A stretch of 64,000 bases of DNA. Origin: Lama guanicoe. Lineage: Eukaryota. The notes under the pieces are model-generated. The model made no database searches. It had not been told where the DNA came from and saw only the letters and a list, made by a program, of their open reading frames with translations. The position numbers were made by a program, and so were the translations under genes. This document shows positions 51,816 to 64,000 of the stretch, in pieces. Position 1 is the first letter of the stretch, and each line of letters starts with the position of its first letter. The stretch spans positions 5,197,220 through 5,261,219 of the forward strand of contig MU054323.1 in NCBI GenBank assembly GCA_013239625.1, in the 5' to 3' direction.

Positions 51816-52751
51816 TGTGCATATACTACAAATAAAATATATATATTATATGTTATAAAGATGAATATATAAATGTGGTAGGTAAATGAAGGGGTGACAT
51901 TTGCAAAGTTGAAGCTTCCTTTGCTCACTTTCTGAAATCCTTTTCAGGAAACACAATCTACCCAGATATGCAGTATAGAAATAGGATCTGGTTTTCAATC
52001 TGCAGCACACAATAAAGCATTTCCAACAAAGCTGAACGGCTCACTGGATTTATTTTTTTGTGTCAACTGTTACTAGCCTGGAAAACCCAAACCTCCACAG
52101 AATGACTAGGTAATCAGTCATCTTTTTTGAGGTTATCAGTAACAAAGACATCTGGAGTCCAGAATGAGAGTCTCCCTAACACTCAGCAACTTTCTTCATC
52201 CAACCTCTCGTTCTGCACAAAGGGCAGGTGTGCCTCAGTGAAGAGAGTTTCCAGTGACGACTCAGGGGGACCTCAGGAGAACTCAGATATCAGTGTTTGG
52301 AGATGCCCATCTTACTCACTTCAGAACAAACACAGTTAGGAAGAAAAACAAAGAGACATCAAACAATGCATACAAAATGCAAACAGTGCCTCTGGTAAAC
52401 CAATCACAACCTATGATACAAAGCCCCAGACGCAAGATATCAGTAAAGACACTGACCAGTTTTCCAAGCAGAGCCAGAAATAAGAAAGCACATGATTCAT
52501 AGTACCTGGAGAGATAAAAAGAGCAGATTAAATGGATAAATCAAAGCAAAAGGTAGGAGGGTTTTTTTTTTTTTTTTGGAGAATCAAATAAAGAAGGTGA
52601 CAAATCTGACTTCTCCATGGCAGGCAGATGGATGACATTTCTACATTGGTGCAAGTCATTACAAGATACAAAACACTGCAAGGATACAATGGCGTCAAGA
52701 AGACGTCAGAATAAAAATACAATAGCCACGCTGCAGAATTTCTGGAAAGAT

Positions 52752-53030
52752 AACTCATTCATGCATTTACTTATTCATTTGTTCAACAAGTCTTTTGCTG
52801 AGTACTTCAGATGCCATGCACTGCTCCAAAAAGCAAGATAAGTCAGACAACACTCCTACCGGAAGAGACAGCACAACGTTTAATGCAGGTAAACATGTAA
52901 GTAAATGGTTCAATTACTGTGCAGTGTTTTAACTGGCATGACGGAGGTAGGGACACTTCCATGAGAAGAGAGAAGTATGAAATACTAAGTACACAAGGTA
53001 CGGTAGCAGACTAGGAGGTGAAATCACAGA
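52752..53030 (-). mobile_element. L2 3' region
   Basis: cattcatgcatttacttattcatttgttcaacaagtcttttgctgagtac. Confidence 0.55.
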
Positions 53031-53040
53031 GTAGACTGCC

Positions 53041-53390
53041 TTTATTTTAGTCAGCCTGGTCTACTCTAATGAATGCCATTAGCTTAAACAACAAAAGTTT
53101 ATTTCTTACAGTCCTAGAGGCTGGGAAGTCCAAAGTCAAGGTGTCAGCTAATTAGATTGTGGTGAGGACCATCTTCCTGAAAGGTACCTTTTTGCTGTAT
53201 CGTCACAGGATGCAGAGAGAAAGAAGCAGCAAGTTCTCTCCTGTCACTTTTTATACTAATCCAGTCACGAGGGCACCACCATCAAGGCCTGGTTAGTTTC
53301 CAAAGGCCCCATCTCCAAATACTATCACATTGGAGATTAGGATTTCAACATGTGAACTGTGGGAGGGGAGGGGCACATTCAGTCCACTGC
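53041..53390 (-). mobile_element. MaLR solo LTR, MLT1A-like
   Basis: gcttaaacaacaaaagtttatttcttacagtcctagaggctgggaagtccaaagtcaagg..ggccccatctccaaatactatcacattgg..cattcagtccactgca. Confidence 0.9.
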
Positions 53391-53391
53391 A

Positions 53392-54400
53392 ACCTTCATC
53401 TCTTCCTGGGCTAGTGTAAAATCCTTCCCACCGTCCTTGCCTTCAGTCTGGGCTTCCTCCAAGCCATTTCCCGTAAGTGATCATAGCTCGACTGATCTTT
53501 GTAAAATGTAGATCTGATTAGGTCATAGCCCTGCTCTAAACTCTTCAGTTGCTCCCCATTCCACTTAACATAGAGAAAACCACCCTTTGCACGGTTTGCA
53601 AAACCTGCAGGATTGAGCCTTGTGTTTTTCATGTCAGTTTCATCTCGCTGCATTCTCCTCCTTGCTCTCTCAACTCCAGCTGGACTCCACGCACGTAATT
53701 GTTCACCAGCACTGACACCGCACACCACCACAGACTGGGTGGCTTAAACAACAGGTATTTTATCGCAGCTCTGGAGGCTACAAGTCCGAGATGAGAGCGT
53801 TGGCAGGTCTGATTTCTCCTGGGGCTTCTCCCTGTGTCCTTACAGAGTCTTTCTTCTGTGCATACGCACCCCTGACGTATCTTTGTGAGTCCGAATTTTC
53901 TCTTCATGTAAGGACATGAGTCAGAGTCAATTAGGGCCTAACCTAATGGCCTCGTGTTAATGTAATTATCTCTTTAAAGGCTCTATCTCCAAATGCAGTC
54001 AACATTCTAAGGCAATGAGCCTCAAGGCTTTAAAAGTTGAATTTGGAAGGAGGGGACACAATTCAGGTCATAACAATATATTTATTTTCATTTCCTAAAA
54101 CATTCCATGTGTTTCCTCAGCTCAAGTCTTTATACACGCTATTTCTACTACTTTTGGGGTGCTTTTCCCTGCTTCAGTAGGTTAACATCTATTCCTTCCT
54201 CAGCTCTCAAGAAGTTTTCCCCTAAATTTCAATGTTGAATAAGTTGCCCCATTATATACATATTATTATGTCTTATTTACAGAAATTTGTCCTCTTGTAA
54301 CTATGTGCTTACTCACTCATTATGGTCACATTAATCTCTTATCTTTAAACAATGCATCCTATGAGTATAAGAACAATGTCTTTTATGCGTATATTCAATT
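53392..54400 (+). mobile_element. L2 relic interrupted by an MLT1B LTR
   Basis: gatctttgtaaaatgtagatctgattaggtca..cctgctctaaactcttcagttgctcccc; resumes after 54075. Confidence 0.6.
53692..54075 (-). mobile_element. MaLR solo LTR, MLT1B-like
   Basis: cagactgggtggcttaaacaacag..ctggaggctacaagtccgagatga..taaggacatgagtc..ctatctccaaatgcagtc..gggacacaattcaggtcataaca. Confidence 0.9.
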
Positions 54401-54799
54401 CCTATTCATTTCATGAAATTATACTGTTTTAGTTTTTGTTTAGTTTGCATGTATTGTATTGTATTCTCTAATTAAAAGAAATCAATTGTCCTTGCATTTA
54501 ATTACAAACTTCTGTTCTCTCTAGCTGTTATTTCTAATTATCTTGAGTCCTTTGCCTTTGTGTTCTGCATTCTTTTTATTCAAAATATAGATTCACTTTT
54601 CATTTGTGTCTGTTCTTTGCTCTGTGGTTTGTATTTTATTTATTGGTTCTGAAATGGAGTTTCTTTGGACCCAATTTATTTTTTACATTAACAACATCCT
54701 TTTTCATGCCATTCTATGGCTTTATTACCTTATCTATAAGACAGACATACAAAGGGTTTACCAAGCATAGCACAAATGGTAGGCACTAAAATAACAGAA

Positions 54800-57710
54800 A
54801 TAAAATCCATGCTTCCCAGACAAGTAAAAGAAAAGTGAATAATAAAAAGCAATCCACAGGAAAAGCAGAAACAAATGTAATAAAACCAAAATCAATCCAC
54901 AGAAGGCAGAAAATAAGAGAAAATCATTAATTGTAAGAAGTCTAATTTTAGGGATGTTCTAATGTAAAAACATAAAGCCACAAAGGGTTCAAATATAGTA
55001 GCAATCCTACAACTGTAAAGGAAATATATACCTATTTACCCATTTTCATACAGAATATATATATACACATGTATATACATACATAGCAGATAAACTGCTT
55101 AAAGAGTTAACTTAAGAAGAAAATGAATCCAAAAGTTTAATACAGAGGGACAGAAAAATATATAAAAGGGCAATATTACTAAAAAGGAAGCTGGTAGAGA
55201 AATATCTATATAAGAAAAGAAAATTTGAAGTAAAAAGCATAAATGGTTACAAAGAAAGAAGCTATAAATTGTTAACAGTACATCCACTGAGAAGAAAACC
55301 ACTGTGAACTTCAACCACCTATGCAATGTGTTTTGTAAATCTACAACAATTCTAAAACTAAGAGTTGACTCAGAAAATCTACAGGACATCTAGAACCAAT
55401 CTTGAGAAAAGATACACAAAAATACTCCGAAAAAAAATCACAGTGTGATTAAAGGTACATAAAAGAAAATCTGAATGGACTGTGTGCATGGTTCTCAATG
55501 TCCACTATGTTCATTATCATTTCTGTATCATTTGTTCTGAAAGTAACCTATAAAGTTAACATAATTTCAGAAAAGTCTCAAACAGAATTTTAAGAAATGT
55601 AGACAAACAGATTTTAAGTTAAACGTGGTTTAGATTCAAGAACATCCAAAAATTTTGTGATTATAAAAAGAACAATATGTTGGCGTATGCCATACTAGAG
55701 ACCTTGAATTAGGATAAAGTTGAATTAAAATCATAAGGTACTCATGTGGGGATAGACAAAGATCAATGGAACAGAATACTGTGATAGTATTTAGACTCAT
55801 ACATATATGGGAACTTAGTAGATGACAAAGAGAGCATTACAAGTTAAGGACAAAGAAAACAAGTATTTAAAAATAGTTCTGGGACCATTCATTTCTATAT
55901 ACAAAAGATCAACTTAGATGTCTACCTAATCTCATATACAGTAAAAGTTTCCATGTGCTTTTAAAAAATAGGTTAGTAAAATACACTGGAAAATTATTCA
56001 GAAAAAATGCTTTCTCTATATTAACGAATCACAAAGAAAAAGTCAAACAACCAAATTGGAGAAGATATTTGCAGTACATAAAATAGAAAAAGTACAAATT
56101 TGCCGAATGCATTTGACTGTTGAGTAAGAAAATACGAATCTAACAAATGGGCTGAGATGATATGACGTCAAGGATTACTTCAAAATATCTGGACATGAAG
56201 GAGGAAGTGAGTAGGGATACAGATGGAACAACATTGTCTATTATTTAAGTTGGGTGACAGGTATGTGAGGAGGAGAAATCATTACATTATTTTTCCTACT
56301 TCTGTGTTGTCAAGTTTTGACTCCCCAAAGATGACATTTTGATCTACCAAGGCTAAATGTATCAGACTTATTATAGTAAGAGAGAACACCTTGTCAGAGT
56401 CATAGTAGTGACTCAGAATGAGGATATCAAGGAAGGACATTTATAGGTTTTAGAGTTTGGGCTCCAGTGATTTAAAGTGGTTCTTTCATCGTGCAGAACT
56501 GGTTGGTATTGAGAGAAGCTTGTGACATACTTCTGGTGGTCAGGCAGAGGCAATGATTTTGAAGTAAGTCATGATAAATAAACAGTTGTTTGACAAACCA
56601 GTTGTTTACCCAGGTGAACAATCTAATATCTTGTAAGGCAACCATTTGCCCAGTGGGCACACTCTTTGCCTAGAACTATTGGTTTGTGAGAACTTCTTGA
56701 AGCAAATAGAGAAATATTTATTGGTTTACAGCCTCATCTTCTTGGGCAAGAATTGATGGCATAAATCATGTAGACATGGTGACTCAGGTGGCCTCAGTTC
56801 TCAGTATTAATATTTATGCTATGTGGACACAGATCTCCGTATATGTTTCCCTTAACAATGTTTTTGTTGTTTTTTTAAATAGGTAATCACAAAATAATAA
56901 ACATCAAAGGCCAACAACTATATGAAGAAACACTCATCTTCTTTAATTATCAAGGAAAATTTTATGTATGTAATTTAATACCAATTAAGTTCAAAAAAAC
57001 AAAAAAATGTCTGATACTACCAAGTTTTGACACGGACAAAGAAAACTGAAAATCATTCACTACCGGTGGAAGAATAAATGGTAAAACATTTTAGAGGGAA
57101 ACTTGTCAATATGTGGATATAATGAAATATATAAACTGTGACTCAGCAATGCTGATTTTACATATAAACCCAAGAAAAACCTGTGCACATATTGACCACA
57201 GATGACATGCATGAAAATACCTATTCCAGGGCTGTCCTCAGTTTAAGGAATGAATAATAAATAATTGTGCATTCACACAATTCTTATAGCAATAAAAACT
57301 AGATTAATATACGTAAACGTGGATAGATCTCAAAAACAGTGCTGAATAAAAAACTTCTGGAATAATACACAGGCTATAATAGCAACTGTATATATTTTAA
57401 ACAATATAAGCAATGCTTTACTTATAGATACCATGACAAAATAATTAAAACATGAACAGGAAGGCAAACACCATATCTGGGATAATGTTTATCCCTGGGA
57501 AAAGGAGTTAAAATATCATGATTGCAACGAGGAACAAAGAGGACTTTACTGTCTCCCATGATGTTATATATCTTTTATTTGAAAAAACAACAATATGAAA
57601 TCTGAAGCAGAAGCCATAAAATGTTAACATTTCTTCATTCTGGCTGAGAGATGCCTGCGTATTTGATATTTTGTTGAGTGTATTTTCCTATTGTTTAGAA
57701 CTTATCAACT
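54800..57710 (+). mobile_element. Fragmented very old L1 (L1ME-like) ORF2 and 3' UTR
   Basis: gatagacaaagatcaatggaacagaata; ttggagaagatatttgca; tggatagatctcaaaaacagtgctgaat; contains nested insertions. Confidence 0.7.
56305..56840 (-). mobile_element. ERV1 solo LTR, MER110-like
   Basis: Minus strand reads ctgagaactgaggccacctgag..ttcttgcccaagaagatgaggctgtaaaccaataaat..tatttgcttcaagaag. Confidence 0.6.
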
Positions 57711-58235
57711 TCCAATTTAATTTCAATTTAAGGGGGAATAAACAGTTCATCAAGGTGGGAAAAGAGTTCAGCACAAGCTACAGATGAACAGAATCTAGGG
57801 CAGCTCGTCTGTTTTTACCTGTCATTCCCTGAACCTGGAGGTCCCAAAGCCCAAATTCTATACCATTGAACACTTCCCCAGATTTTTTAGTTAGTTTAAA
57901 ATCCCAGAGACACATCTCCTAACCCTACAAATGAATCTCTTTCCCCCTTAATGTAATAATCTATAGGAACATTTTTCTCTGTGTATGGATCTTTGTTGCT
58001 CAAATGCTTATATTTTTGTTCAACACATTTCTTGTTCTTTCAAATCTCTACTGATGTTAGTTAAAGATCCAGAGAAAAGGAGGAAGAAAGAGCAGAAGAG
58101 CCAAAGTAAGAGAGTAAAACAGTCCTTACCCCACATCGAAGTTTACCGAGGCAAATATCCCAAGTTATCTCATATGGGGGTAACTTCCAACCAGGAGGGG
58201 ATATGCCGGCCATTTTACCAGCCAGGAGAAATATA

Positions 58236-58370
58236 AGAGGGACAGAGAGAGAGAGAGAAAGAAAGAGAGTATGAGAGAGAGTGGGGGGGTGGGAAGGAGT
58301 GAGAGAGAGAGTGAGAGAGAGTTGGGGGGTGGGAGAGAGGGAGGGACGGAGTGGGGGGCAGGGAGAGAGA
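58236..58370. repeat. GA/G-rich polypurine low-complexity tract
   Basis: (GA)n interspersed with G runs. Confidence 0.9.
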
Positions 58371-58479
58371 TATTATCTCAAATATATATGATCCCATGTT
58401 CCTCTAGAACAAAGGTTATCTGGTTAAATTACACGGTTACTCCCAAGGCTGCATCCTTTGGAAAATTTGACCAAATGGC

Positions 58480-59110
58480 TAGCTTTATCCTTAGCTGAGA
58501 GGAAAGCAGGCTTTTGTACCACTACTAGAGGCCAACAAACACTGATGAAAATGTTTGCAGAGATGACATCACTGAAGGAAGAGAAAGATGGCAGCCATCC
58601 ACTGAGCTGCGGGAGGATGAAGATGAGAGTGGAAAGTAACTGTAAGCTTGCACTTCAAGATACTGATACTGGGATGAGGGGCAACTAGGGATCAGGGAGT
58701 CATAAACATATTGAGAGTTGCTGAATGCATGGGAGGAGATGGGCTTACCCAAGAAGAGGGTGTTAACTGAAAAGAGAGCAGGAGCAGAGAAACAGCAAAT
58801 TTTAACTCATCTACAAAGAGAAAAAAGCCAGTAAGAGAATAACAGAGGAGTAGCCAAAAAGTTAGAATGGGAATCAGTAGAAGATGTAAAATTCAAGAAA
58901 TGAAATGTTTTTTCTATACAGGATGAAATAGTCAACAGTACTGGATGCCTTGAGATATCTTCCAATGAAGCTTGAAATGCTCTTATTGCACTGAACACTT
59001 CAGAGGCCCACAAAGTGTGAGAGGAGTCCTAATGGAAACAGATTCGTGGAAGCTCATTATAGCAGCATGAGACGTAAATTGGAAGAGAAGAGATGGTTGT
59101 GTGTCTATAT
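58480..59110 (-). mobile_element. Old L2 relic
   Basis: gggagtcataaacatattgagagttgctgaatgcatgggaggagatggg..gtcaacagtactggatgc. Confidence 0.5.
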
Positions 59111-59389
59111 GATACTCCAGAGTATTTAAAAGCAGTACTCAATCTGAGACAGGACAAGTTGAATTAAGTTAAACTTTGGCATCTTGCTGCTAAAATCTAA
59201 CAGACTAGAACAGTGTTTGAAATCTGAATAACCCATTATGTTGTAAAAAAAATACTGTACATCTAATTCATTTAAGCTCTAATAAATACATCTAAATCAG
59301 TTATGAATGTATAAAAGAAGTCAGAACATGTGATTTATAATCCATTATCATTTAATTTTATTTACACTGATTTCAGTTATTTTATATTA

Positions 59390-61715
59390 TGTATTTCATT
59401 TTATTGAGGCATAATTAAAATGTATAATTCTGAGTTTGGACAAATGCATAGTCATAGATTCTACACTTGAATTCAAAATATAGAACAATTCCATCGTCCA
59501 AGAAAATTCCTACAGGTTGTAGTCAATCTCTTCTCTCACCCTCAGTGCCTAGCATGCACTCACTGATTTGTAGAACGTTATAAGAACAGAATCATAGAAT
59601 ATGCAGTATAATGCACTATGCACTTAGCATATTTCAAGAATTATCCATATTGTTGTGTGTATCAGTAGTAGCCATTTGTATGGATGTACCACAGTGTGTT
59701 TATTTATTCAAGAGTTGAAGAACATTTGTGTTGTTTGAAATTTGAGGTGATTATGGTACAGCCACCATAAACATACACACATATGTGTGAATCTAAGTTT
59801 CCATTTAGCTTGGGTAAAAATTTAGGAGTGAGATTACTGGATCATAGGTCACACAATTATTGTGTATCAGGTGAGATTTTTTTTGTTTCCTGTTTTATCT
59901 TCCCAGCCATTTCAACCAATATGTAATGATATCTCATTTTGGTTTAAAATGCATTTCCCTAGTGATAAATGACAGTCATTATTTGGATTCAGCATCTTGC
60001 ATCGCCATTTGTATATTATCTTTGGTAAAGTGTCTATTTAAACGCTTTGCCCATTTATGCTTTATTGTATTGTTTCTTATTAGTGCCTTGAATGTTCTTT
60101 ATAAACTCTGTATAGAAATCCTATAGTAGATATGTGTTTGGCAAATATTTTTCTCGATCAGTAGCTTGTCTTTTTACTTTCCTAACAATGTTTATTGAAG
60201 GCACAAAGTTTCACAGGCTTTGTTTTTAAATTTTAAATGAAGTCCATTTTATTATGCTTTTGGTGTCATACCTACGCAACTTGTACCTAAACCAAGTTTA
60301 CAAAGATTTTCTTCTACGGTTTCTTCCGTAAGTTTTACAATTTTAGGTTTTACATTAGGACTATGATACACTTTGAGTTAATTTATGTATTTGGTGTGAG
60401 TGGGTGTCAAGGTCCATTTTTTGCTTACATGTCAGTAGTTCCTGAAACACTTACAGAAAGCACTGTCGTTTCTACATTGAATTCCCTTCAATCATTGTCA
60501 ACAGCCAGTTGTTCATCTATGTGTGGATCTATTTCTGGACTCTATTCTATTTCATTGATTTGTGTGACCAATTTATCACCAGTACCACATTGTCTTAGTT
60601 ACTATCACTTTGTAGTAAAATTAAAATTTGGTAGTGTGATTACTTCAATTTTTTAAAAAACTGTTTTGAAAATATTCTAGGTTTTTTTTGCATTTCCATA
60701 TACAATGATTTCATTCTGGAATTAGTTTGCCAATTCATTCAAAATGCCCTACTGGGATTTTGATTAGGATTACAATGAATCTATATATTAATTTGTGGGA
60801 AATAGACACTATAAATATTGAGCCTTCCAAACTATTAACAAAGTAAAATTATCCACGTATTTAGTACTCCTTCGACGTCTTTCATCAATATTTTATAGTT
60901 TTTGACATACAGTACTTGCACTGTTTTGACAGCTTTATATCTAACTCTTTGATGTGTCTGGTACTATTATAAATTTTATTTTGAGCTGTTTAGTACTAGT
61001 ATATAGAAGTCTAACTGTATTATTTTTGTAGCCAGAAACCTGGCTCAAGTCACTCATTAGTTTTAACAACTTTTTTATAGAATCTTTAGGATATTGTATA
61101 TAAGCAATCATATCACCCATTAAGTAGAATTTAATTACTTCTTCTATAACCTGGATGCTTTTTATTTATTTTTGCCATTTGACACTGGCTAAGACCTCTA
61201 GAACTGTGTTGATTAGGACTGGTGAGAGCAGACGTCCTTGGCTTTTTTCCCTATCTCAGGAGGAAAGCTTTCTGTCTTTGACGATAAAGTACATTGTTAG
61301 CTAAAAGGGTTTTGTAGATTCTTTTATCAAGTTGAGGAAGTTTCCTTGTATTTCTAGTTTGCTGGTAGTTTTACTATAAGTGGGTGTTTTTAGTTTTCAA
61401 ATGTTTCTTCTGCTTCTTCTAAGAAGATCATATTTTTCTTTAATTTGTGGAAATGAATTACATTGATTAATTTTCAAAGGTTGCATCAACCTTAAGTTAA
61501 TGGGATAAACCCCATTTGGTCACTGCATTGTCTTTTTCGCACATTACTGGATTTGATTGCTAATATTTTCTTGAGGACTTTTGCTGACGTTTTCATGAGA
61601 CACGTTAGTCTGTATTTTCTTTTCTTATTCTGTCTCTGTCTGCTCATGTTTTTAGGATGATCCTGGTCTCAAAAATTGAGTTGGCAAGTGTCCCTGCTTT
61701 TCTAAACTCTGGAAA
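59390..61715 (-). mobile_element. Old L1 (L1MB/MC-like) 3' half: 3' UTR plus ORF2 relic
   Basis: ttttattgaggcataatt..; ttttacattaggactatgatacactttgagttaattt; ggtgagagcagacgtccttg; aagttgaggaagtttcct; gggataaaccccatttggtc. Confidence 0.9.
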
Positions 61716-62010
61716 TTGATGGTTTAAAAGAAACGTAATGACAGTTTTAAATATCTAGAGTAATCTAGAGAAATATCATTATTCTGAGTTCTTTAAAAAT
61801 TTATTTCCTAGCAAAAATGGCTGCATGTAAAACATGATCAAAATTAAGAATAAATAAAGCCAATTATTTCAAAGTAGAGACTGTTAAATGGGCTTAATAT
61901 AAGTGTATACATGAGCTCCACATAAATACATATTATCTGATACTACAGACATACTGTAATATTGAGAAAATTCACAACATTAGAAAAACATAATTTAAAG
62001 AGAAACTATA

Positions 62011-62100
62011 TTCTAGAGCTTTCTGACACCTTGATTTTAAACCTATAGCCTCCAGAACTAAGAAAATAAATTTCTGTCCTATTAAGCCAACAAAAAAAGG
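62011..62100 (+). mobile_element. Polyadenylated MLT1 LTR fragment flanked by a TSD
   Basis: ctgacaccttgattttaaacctatagcctccagaact..aataaatttctg..taagcca plus A tract; TSD gagaaactata at 62000-62010 and 62101-62111. Confidence 0.75.
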
Positions 62101-62894
62101 GAGAAACTATAAAAATGACTGTTTCATAGTGATGCAGAGTTGTCAGAGAAAGCTGACGTGCTGGTGTTTAATAGTTCTTAGCAGCATAGATTTAGAATAA
62201 GTTGGTCTCTTTCAGGCACAGGTAAGTTCACTCCAGGTTAACTGAGTTAGGCAGAAGATATTAAATACAGGATATATCCTTTTTCAGACACATGCCTTGT
62301 TCCCTCTGGAGACAGAGGGAGAAGGACACCCACATTTCAAATGATAAAACCAACAAATACGTGATTAACAATCCCTACAGGTATTTTTACTACCCTGAAT
62401 GCTGTGGAGTTCTAATGTGTAAGTCATGGCTCCTTAGATGCCAGAGGCATTTTGTTACTTGTTTCAGTTTCTTTCAGGTAGGAAACTCTTTCATTTTGGA
62501 GAAAACTAGCAATGTTAAAAAAAAAAAAACATGAAAACGTTACCCTTCACAGAATATTTTTACAAAGCCATTTCACTTCCACTGTTACTTTCTCTTGCAG
62601 TTGATGGTCGTTGGTTCCAGCGGTTGTTAACTCTGATGGTTCAGCAGGAGTTTGGCTCAAGCTAAGCTCATGAGTAAAGGGGCAAAATGAGGTAATGAAG
62701 GGACACAGCATAGAAGTGAAACTAGATTTCTTAATTAGCATTAAAACTTTACTGCATGTCAAAAATATATGGTTTTGAAACATTGGTAAAACTTAGTGTT
62801 TCTTGGATCTGGATATCTAGGGGGAAAATAGTTAATGATGCCTATAACTTAGAAAGTGAACTCAGCAAGAATATTAATCTCAAAAATGCACATC

Positions 62895-62955
62895 TACGTC
62901 CTCCAGGCCTAGCTCCACACCTGGCATATAATAAGTGCTCAGTAAATGTTACTTC
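62895..62955 (+). mobile_element. L2/MIR 3' tail
   Basis: cctggcatataataagtgctcagtaaatgtt. Confidence 0.5.
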
Positions 62956-64000
62956 TTCTTGGAAGTAACGGGTGACATAAAGAACTTTGGTTCAGGCATA
63001 TTGGCTTCCATATAGCTTCCAAGAAGAGCGTTCTTTTAAACATTTATATATATAAACTATAGAGAACAATCTATAAAAGCATATTGCTGCATACAGGGTA
63101 AACCAGGTTAACCCACTCAATTTTCACACCAAAAGTTCTCATTGTTCCTTTTTCTAGGGGTATCACATCCCATTCCTTGCTAATTTTCTCCTTTATTTTT
63201 CTAATCTGATTAATACATTTCCATTTTTATTAGGTCTAATAGATAGCTGATCTAATTTGGAGCTTATAAATTATACCGTTATATGTAAATTGATTATAGC
63301 ACATAACTCTAATAGACTGGCAATCTTTTCAGAGATTAGAAGTGCTGCTTAGTTCTCTTTCTATGGATGATTAATTTTCAGTGGTTATCAACTCTCAAAC
63401 TGAAAATTAAGCAATACATATTTGCTTTGTGGATGACCAGTTTTATTAAAGTAGTAGAGTTGATGCAATTAATTATCGATACCCTATGAAGTGAAGCCAA
63501 AATTAAAACGGCTTAAAAGAAGCAGGCAGGTATCTATTGTCAATGGTAAAATTCAGCTACTGTGGTAAAGAAATAGTGCCAGACTCCTCTTCCCGATTAT
63601 GCATGCAACACCCTGGGAAGCCTGCAGTAACTCTTCCTAGATTTCTTGGTTTTTTGCATCTTTTGTGGAAAATTGATTTCTATCCATAGCCATCTAAGGG
63701 AGAGTGACTTGAAGAGGACAGATGTTTCATTTGACTCAACAGAAATCTTTCCATTTCCTATGGGTGCTCAGAGGTGGCTGCTGCCTTTGGTGGTGACCAC
63801 AACTCAAAACAAGGGAACACTGTTCACTGGAGTCCACATATTGAGATCTCATGCTGGCCTGATAATCATTTCTGAACCAAATTATGTAATCAGTGCTCTG
63901 AGACCGAAGAGTGGGTGCTTGGCCCTTCATCTGTGGTCCTTGAAGTTCTGGGGGCCAGAGATTCTGTGACAGTGTCCCTCTACAGAAGCCATGTTATAGC

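Noticed and set aside
1..64000. Prokaryotic-style systems (CRISPR arrays, operons, defence islands) or an intact gene
   Set aside because: No regularly spaced repeats, long ORFs or recognisable host exons; the repeat content is typical of eutherian non-coding DNA

Overview
Repeat-rich, apparently non-coding mammalian genomic DNA (intergenic or deep intronic), not a prokaryotic or viral locus. A Vic-1-like tRNA-derived SINE (11429-11515) and young cetartiodactyl-type L1 3' ends (39457-40389, 47433-47762) point to a camelid; this is inference from repeat recognition. I cannot support any intact protein-coding gene. The only ORFs I recognise are decayed Tigger1 transposase and L1 ORF2 relics; the rest look like chance or low-complexity ORFs. 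Much of the window is ancient eutherian repeats: MIR, L2, old L1M, MaLR/ERVL/ERV1 solo LTRs, a near full-length Tigger1, MER5, MER113-like and MADE2. Repeat family names come from my recall of consensus sequences and most boundaries are approximate. I found no convincing new biological system. The most interesting signals are small structural ones: a 46-bp, 43/46-identical direct repeat bracketing about 2.1 kb of ancient L2; a TSD-flanked polyadenylated MaLR LTR retrocopy; a 27-bp micro-inversion in a young L1; a TSD-flanked solo poly(T); an AT-rich palindrome; and several candidate enhancer or splice-signal clusters.
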